Positions 24,620-29,209 of a stretch of DNA of 29,209 bases are shown here, piece by piece (the first letter of the stretch is position 1; each line of letters begins with the position of its first letter). The stretch spans positions 1 to 29,209 of the IMG/VR virus record IMGVR_UViG_3300027833_000174. The stretch is one strand, 5' to 3'. Origin of the DNA: a virus. Taxonomy: Duplodnaviria; Caudoviricetes. A program made the translations under genes and the position numbers. A model generated the notes under the pieces. It was not told the origin of the DNA. It saw only the letters and a list, made by a program, of their open reading frames with translations, and did no database searches.

Positions 24620-24949
24620 TTACCTCGGACCTTGTGTATAGAACCCGTGCTTGTCGAAGTTCTTGCTTGTAATTTCTTTCTGATTACGAACAGATAGTTT
24701 GTCTAAGACATCTTTCATAATGTCTACCAAAGAGTACCCTCTAGATTGTGATATAGTTGAGACATACCAGAGTACATCACCTAACTCGTCTAGTATCTCG
24801 GCGGTGCACTCTAGTCCTTTTCGAGTCTCTTTAACCCTAGCTTGCATGACTTCACCTACCTCAGACGCTAACCCAAGGAAAAGCGTTTCTTCTGTAGTCC
24901 CTTCTTCGTAGAACCTTGCTACTTCATTTTGGAATTTTTCTGTATTCAT
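24620..24949 (-). CDS. MazG-like nucleotide pyrophosphohydrolase
   Basis: LGLASEVGEV...DELGDVLWYV...KL..R. Confidence 0.88.
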   Translation of the reverse strand: MNTEKFQNEVARFYEEGTTEETLFLGLASEVGEVMQARVKETRKGLECTAEILDELGDVLWYVSTISQSRGYSLVDIMKDVLDKLSVRNQKEITSKNFDKHGFYTQGPR

Positions 24950-25146
24950 TTGTTCTCCATTGCTGTTTTTATGTCATTTAATTGTTGATGTGAAACACAT
25001 AGCACAGAGAACTCTTGCCATATGTCATCCCATTGTCTAATCCAGACTAACTCTGGGTCAAATATTACTTGTAAGTCTTCACAGAAACCTTTGTTGTCTA
25101 GTGAAGTAACTATTGTACTTTCGTCTTCTTGGTCTACTGTGAACAT
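24946..25146 (-). CDS. hypothetical protein
   Basis: 66 aa (MFTV...SLD..G..EDLQV...VWIRQW), coupled on both sides. Confidence 0.65.
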   Translation of the reverse strand: MFTVDQEDESTIVTSLDNKGFCEDLQVIFDPELVWIRQWDDIWQEFSVLCVSHQQLNDIKTAMENK

Positions 25147-25466
25147 TAAACGTTTACCTTTCTTAGGTCATCGACCATTTCTCTGTACTCTGCTATCTCA
25201 TTCTTTAAGTCTTCTATTTCTTGAGCACATTTGTCATAACCTTCGTCATAGCCTTCTTCTGTGCCTTTGTCATATCCTTCACTAAAGCCAGAGTCAAAAC
25301 CTTGACCCCAGTGATACTCTTCTTCAGATTCTTGGAATTCAATTTCACAACGGACTAGTCTGTCTTCCAGTTCTCTAAGATGGTCTTGCATTTCACCACT
25401 AAGCGGCACTAAGCCAAACTTAATGTTAGCAAAGAATACGTCGAACTCTTTTGTTATTTCACTCAT
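25146..25466 (-). CDS. acidic hypothetical protein with G(F/Y)xx tetrad repeats
   Basis: GFDSGFSEGYDKGTEEGYDEGYDK flanked by coiled coils. Confidence 0.65.
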   Translation of the reverse strand: MSEITKEFDVFFANIKFGLVPLSGEMQDHLRELEDRLVRCEIEFQESEEEYHWGQGFDSGFSEGYDKGTEEGYDEGYDKCAQEIEDLKNEIAEYREMVDDLRKVNV

Positions 25467-25903
25467 ATTACTGTTTCCTTTACTATGATTCCGTTAGATA
25501 TATACCAGATACATTCAAATGGTTCAAAGTCTCTTTCCGTTAAGAAATCATAACCACCTTCTTCTGCGTCATGGTATTCTTTTAAGAAGTCTTCGAACTC
25601 TCCTGAAGACCAACCGCAAGTCCAAGGCTCTAAGTCCTCACCTTGACCGTCCCAACAAGATTCCATTTCAAAGGTATCAAAGCAGTCTGTACAGAACTCT
25701 GAACCATGTTCGCCAATCATGTCTTGTAATGATTCTGCTTCTTCTTCACTTGTTATTTCAATATTGAACTCGCCTGTTCTCCAGACAATCTCTGTATTAA
25801 CGCCTTTTAAGTCTTCATCTTTGTGTCGATACATCTCAACTTCAACAACACACTTCCTATTAGCGTTAGTGACGTTGTATGTTTTTCCTACTTCTATTAT
25901 CAT
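25463..25903 (-). CDS. acidic hypothetical protein
   Basis: 146 aa with ATGA overlap. Confidence 0.65.
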   Translation of the reverse strand: MIIEVGKTYNVTNANRKCVVEVEMYRHKDEDLKGVNTEIVWRTGEFNIEITSEEEAESLQDMIGEHGSEFCTDCFDTFEMESCWDGQGEDLEPWTCGWSSGEFEDFLKEYHDAEEGGYDFLTERDFEPFECIWYISNGIIVKETVI

Positions 25904-25904
25904 G

Positions 25905-26165
25905 TTAAAATCCTTTATAATACTTGTTGTAGATTATTTCTAACCCTCTTAGGTTAGGATGATTGTGTATCCACATGCCTGTGTCTGGGTTAAATTGTTC
26001 TCTAAAGAACCTATCCATAACATCATTCCCTGTTGATTCCTTGGGATTTATTTGTTTAGATAGTGCATCGAACTCAGCATCAGACATAATGGAGTCAGAT
26101 TGATATTCGTAGGAAAAGGCCGCTACTGACAGCCTAATCCTGTTTTGTATTTCTTTGTTAATCAT
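25905..26165 (-). CDS. stand-alone NAD-dependent DNA ligase subdomain Ia-like protein
   Basis: AAFSYEYQSDSIMSDAEFDALS matches the LigA Ia pattern YY..D.P.ISD.EYD.L. No adenylation domain follows. Confidence 0.7.
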   Translation of the reverse strand: MINKEIQNRIRLSVAAFSYEYQSDSIMSDAEFDALSKQINPKESTGNDVMDRFFREQFNPDTGMWIHNHPNLRGLEIIYNKYYKGF

Positions 26166-26638
26166 TCTACAAACAAGTCTCGTAGGTCTTGCTGATGAGT
26201 GTTTGAAGGTTCTTTAAGAACATAGAATTGATTAGCACCCATGATGGCTGTCCAGTTCTCATCTCTATCACGAAGGATTTCAGATAAGTCTTTAATAGCT
26301 AGTTGACCCGCATACTCATCTTCTTCCCAACTAAAACGAGTTCTGAAGGTTGCTTGATAACGTGTGTTAGTACGTGGATTAACAGGATTCATAATCATAA
26401 TGCACTCTTGACGGTCTACCCAACCAGCATCATGCACCCATTTATAATAGTCATTATAGTCCATCATAAACGAATATTCTACTTGATTATCCCAAGCGCC
26501 CACACATAACTTTGGTGTGTAACGTAAAGGCTCAAGGACATTCTTAGTGTCAAGGTAGCGCATGAACTTAGCGTGAGTATGTAAGTCATGCCCGGTGTCT
26601 ATAGCAAAGATAACGTGGTTGTTAATTAATTTTTCCAT
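26162..26638 (-). CDS. hypothetical protein
   Basis: 158 aa with AAGGA RBS and ATGA overlap. Confidence 0.65.
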   Translation of the reverse strand: MEKLINNHVIFAIDTGHDLHTHAKFMRYLDTKNVLEPLRYTPKLCVGAWDNQVEYSFMMDYNDYYKWVHDAGWVDRQECIMIMNPVNPRTNTRYQATFRTRFSWEEDEYAGQLAIKDLSEILRDRDENWTAIMGANQFYVLKEPSNTHQQDLRDLFVE

Positions 26639-26649
26639 AGTATTTTCCT

Positions 26650-28464
26650 TTAGTGTACAGCGTAGAAATTGTCACCAATGATGCAATCGCCACAATCCAT
26701 TATGTTTACTCCGTATTGCTTTGGAGCTTCTCTGAAACATTCCATGATGATATCACGAGCCTGTTCCGCTTGGTCTTCTCTTACTTCTACTGTATGCTCG
26801 TCATGGTAGAATAACAGGTGGGAGTAATCTATCCCCGCCTCTGTTAGCTTCTCATCAATCAGTATTACAGTAGCCTTCATAACCACAGCCTCTGCACCCT
26901 GAATAAGGTAATTAAGAGCTTTGTGCTTACTATCAACATAGATAGGTCTATCATCTAAGCCCGGAATAAACCCAGAGTTTTCAGATATGTTTTCTACCTT
27001 GTTAATTAGCTTACCCAATGCAGGGAAAGCCGCTGTGAACTTCTTCTTTAGCTTATTACCTTGAGCATCAGAGACACCTAAGATAGAACCTAGCTTTTTA
27101 CCACCCGCGCCGTATAAGTATGCGAAGATAAAAGGTTTAGCATCAGCACGAGAGCTACCAAGAATGTCTGCGTTCTTCTGGTGAATATCACCTTCAAGAA
27201 CTTCTTTAGTATAGCTTGGGTCTCCCATGTAGTGAGCAAGAAGTCTTAACTGACAACCCGCAGAGTCAGCAGATACGAGCGTATAACCTTCTTTAGCTAT
27301 AAACAATTCTCTTATCTCTTTACCATATGCCGCTTTACCAGAAGGTAAGTTAGCAATAATCTTGTGAGTCTGTCGGAAGGTGGGTGTACCTATATTAAAT
27401 ACATCACCATGTAGCCTTGAGTTGTCATCGATGTGTTCGAACCAACCTTTCATAATAGAAAGCCTAGACCTTAAAGTATAGTATTCCATTAAGGCTTGAC
27501 CTACATCCCCTAGTCGCTCCAAGGAGCTGTCTGAGAGTTTGGCTCCTGTTTTGATGAAATTTCCGTTAATTTTCTTCCAGTTCCATTCGTCAGGCACCCA
27601 TCCAAGTGTATATAGATGCCTCTTAACAGTGTCAGTATTGCCCACATCACCAGCAAGAAATTCAATTCTAGAGAACTCTCCCCAGATAGAACAACCATCA
27701 ACAGTGCACTCATCGCCAAGCTGAAACCAATTACGCATCCATGCCATTGGCTTTCCTGCTTTCGTGAAAGCTGGTTTTTTCGTGTTTTCATTTCCATCTG
27801 TCCTTTTTAATCGTGGAGGTAGTTTCGGATTAATGAAATCTTCTGTGGCTTTCATTTTATCTTCTATATCACCCATAAGGGAAATAGCTTCTTCTTTGTT
27901 AAACAGCCAACCATTACGACTTTGCTTAACCATTATCTCATCCATCTTCATCTCCGAGCGCAAGGCCCGAAGAATTGTTTTAGAGCCACTAGCATTAACA
28001 TAGTTCTTTACTTCTTGCATCAATGCTTTATAGACACGAGTACCAAGTCTTACGTCTTGTTTCATGTATGTAAACATGTCTTCGTTAAACTCTTCCCAAC
28101 CGCCATTATAGTCACCCTTCTGGTCTCCGAAAGCCACACCCCATTGTTTTAGGGAATGGCCGAAGCCGAAGCGTCTGTAGTTAAGCAGTTGTGACATTAC
28201 CTTAGTACATTGTACAGTAGCTTTAGGATACCACCCAACACCCAAGAGTGTTTTAGATAATATGTCCAAAGCGGGAATATCGTAACCGTAAGCGTTGTGC
28301 GCTATTATAGTATCAGCTTTGTCTAGAAGGTCTAAGAAAGACCTAAACTCCTCTGGACGAAACCAATACTCCTTTCCAGTGTCTACATCTAGACAACCGG
28401 CACAGTGAAACTTACTCACTGTAGGTAAGAGACCATTGGCCTCAATATCGAAAACTAATTTCAT
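26650..28464 (-). CDS. family A DNA polymerase with 3'-5' exonuclease
   Basis: ExoI DIEANG, ExoII HN..GYD, ExoIII YMKQDV, motif A ADSAGCQLR, motif B RADAKPFIFAYLYG and motif C YHDE. Confidence 0.96.
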   Translation of the reverse strand: MKLVFDIEANGLLPTVSKFHCAGCLDVDTGKEYWFRPEEFRSFLDLLDKADTIIAHNAYGYDIPALDILSKTLLGVGWYPKATVQCTKVMSQLLNYRRFGFGHSLKQWGVAFGDQKGDYNGGWEEFNEDMFTYMKQDVRLGTRVYKALMQEVKNYVNASGSKTILRALRSEMKMDEIMVKQSRNGWLFNKEEAISLMGDIEDKMKATEDFINPKLPPRLKRTDGNENTKKPAFTKAGKPMAWMRNWFQLGDECTVDGCSIWGEFSRIEFLAGDVGNTDTVKRHLYTLGWVPDEWNWKKINGNFIKTGAKLSDSSLERLGDVGQALMEYYTLRSRLSIMKGWFEHIDDNSRLHGDVFNIGTPTFRQTHKIIANLPSGKAAYGKEIRELFIAKEGYTLVSADSAGCQLRLLAHYMGDPSYTKEVLEGDIHQKNADILGSSRADAKPFIFAYLYGAGGKKLGSILGVSDAQGNKLKKKFTAAFPALGKLINKVENISENSGFIPGLDDRPIYVDSKHKALNYLIQGAEAVVMKATVILIDEKLTEAGIDYSHLLFYHDEHTVEVREDQAEQARDIIMECFREAPKQYGVNIMDCGDCIIGDNFYAVH

Positions 28465-28497
28465 AAAATCTCCTAGCTTATTAGTTCGTGTTTCTAT

Positions 28498-28743
28498 TTA
28501 TAAACTCCAGCTACCATACTTGGACTCGTAGAAGGCTTCTTGTGCGGCTACTTCACCGGCTTTAGTTACATGATAAGCTTTCTCGGCAATGAACCTAGAT
28601 GTCTCTGCATCTTGTTCTGTCCACTCCATGTAAAGCTTAGTCATGTGTTGTAGTTGTACTTCTTCCATTTGGTTTTGTGTTAATGGTTTCTTTTCTTCGT
28701 GGTCAGACCAGAAGTTATCAAATTGTTTTCCTGTTACAAACAT
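28498..28743 (-). CDS. hypothetical protein
   Basis: 81 aa, TAATG coupling. Confidence 0.6.
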   Translation of the reverse strand: MFVTGKQFDNFWSDHEEKKPLTQNQMEEVQLQHMTKLYMEWTEQDAETSRFIAEKAYHVTKAGEVAAQEAFYESKYGSWSL

Positions 28744-28967
28744 TAATCAAGTACCTCATGTGTTGTTAAGTTATAGATTAAGTCTTCTAAGTCAGCCGAT
28801 ACTTTGTCTAACTTCTCGTCAACATAGTAACGGGTTCTGTTTAGCTCCATGTAAGCCCTACCTAAAGTTTCGGCAACTACTCTTAAGTCTTTCTTTATAG
28901 GAGTAATGTCATAGCAATCACATTGTTGCTGTTGTAATTCCCTGTATTTTTCTCTTGATATAAACAT
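28743..28967 (-). CDS. hypothetical protein
   Basis: 74 aa, abuts the upstream stop. Confidence 0.6.
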   Translation of the reverse strand: MFISREKYRELQQQQCDCYDITPIKKDLRVVAETLGRAYMELNRTRYYVDEKLDKVSADLEDLIYNLTTHEVLD

Positions 28968-29209
28968 TTATTTCCCTTTCACTGTGTTAACTAAACGTGA
29001 TGCATACCATTCAATCTTAGTGGCATCTTGCTCCATTGCATCTTTCTTACCGACACGTAAAGCATACTTAAGGATTTGGCCCACAAGGTGGCTCTCTACA
29101 CCAGAGAGGTGCGCTAGAGCCTTGTCGCATAGGTCCATATACTCTATACCATCAGGATAGTCTACATAGTCCTCTGGGGCAAATATCTTGTAGTGTTTAG
29201 GGTTGATGA
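28968..29209 (-). CDS. DUF3310 family protein (T7 gp1.7-related), 3' part
   Basis: Read manually: INPKHY...GIEYMD...GQILKYALRVGKKD..EQD..K.EWY. Start lies outside the window. Confidence 0.8.
   Translation of the reverse strand, partial: INPKHYKIFAPEDYVDYPDGIEYMDLCDKALAHLSGVESHLVGQILKYALRVGKKDAMEQDATKIEWYASRLVNTVKGK

Noticed and set aside
19318-27797. Nested minus-strand ORFs 19318-19524, 21669-21878, 22050-22259 and 27510-27797
   Set aside because: Alternative frames inside RNR, primase-helicase and PolA, with no independent support.
122-28900. All plus-strand ORFs in the ORF track
   Set aside because: They are antisense shadows of well-supported, tightly coupled minus-strand genes and have no recognisable motifs.
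1-29209. tRNA, rRNA, integrase, or alternative genetic code
   Set aside because: No cloverleaf or integrase motifs were seen by eye. Genes are full length under the standard code, with TAA, TGA and TAG all used as stops.

Overview
The window is a 29.2-kb segment of an AT-rich tailed dsDNA phage genome, probably marine. All credible genes are on the minus strand, so transcription runs from high to low coordinates. In that order it holds: (1) a T7-like replication and nucleotide module (DUF3310 fragment, PolA, stand-alone NAD-ligase Ia-like domain, MazG-like, 5'-3' exonuclease, GIY-YIG-like nuclease, primase-helicase, class II B12-dependent ribonucleotide reductase); (2) an accessory block with a translationally coupled five-gene envelope operon (secreted ClpP/crotonase-fold protein, minimal MotA/ExbB, ExbD/MotB-TM fused to a YfaP-like domain, membrane protein, SbmA/BacA transporter), followed by ClpP, DUF1127 and glutaredoxin; (3) a structured non-coding control region (long G-U-rich hairpin, 21-bp motif repeated at 24.6 kb, G-quadruplex-like tract, long inverted repeat); (4) terminase small and large subunits surrounded by five very basic proteins and a sulfotransferase; (5) a run of tail-fibre/adhesin genes. 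DUF1127, SbmA and class II RNR suggest an alphaproteobacterial host (inference). The best candidate for an undescribed system is the membrane operon at 16011-19092. Family calls come from motif recognition by eye, not database searches.
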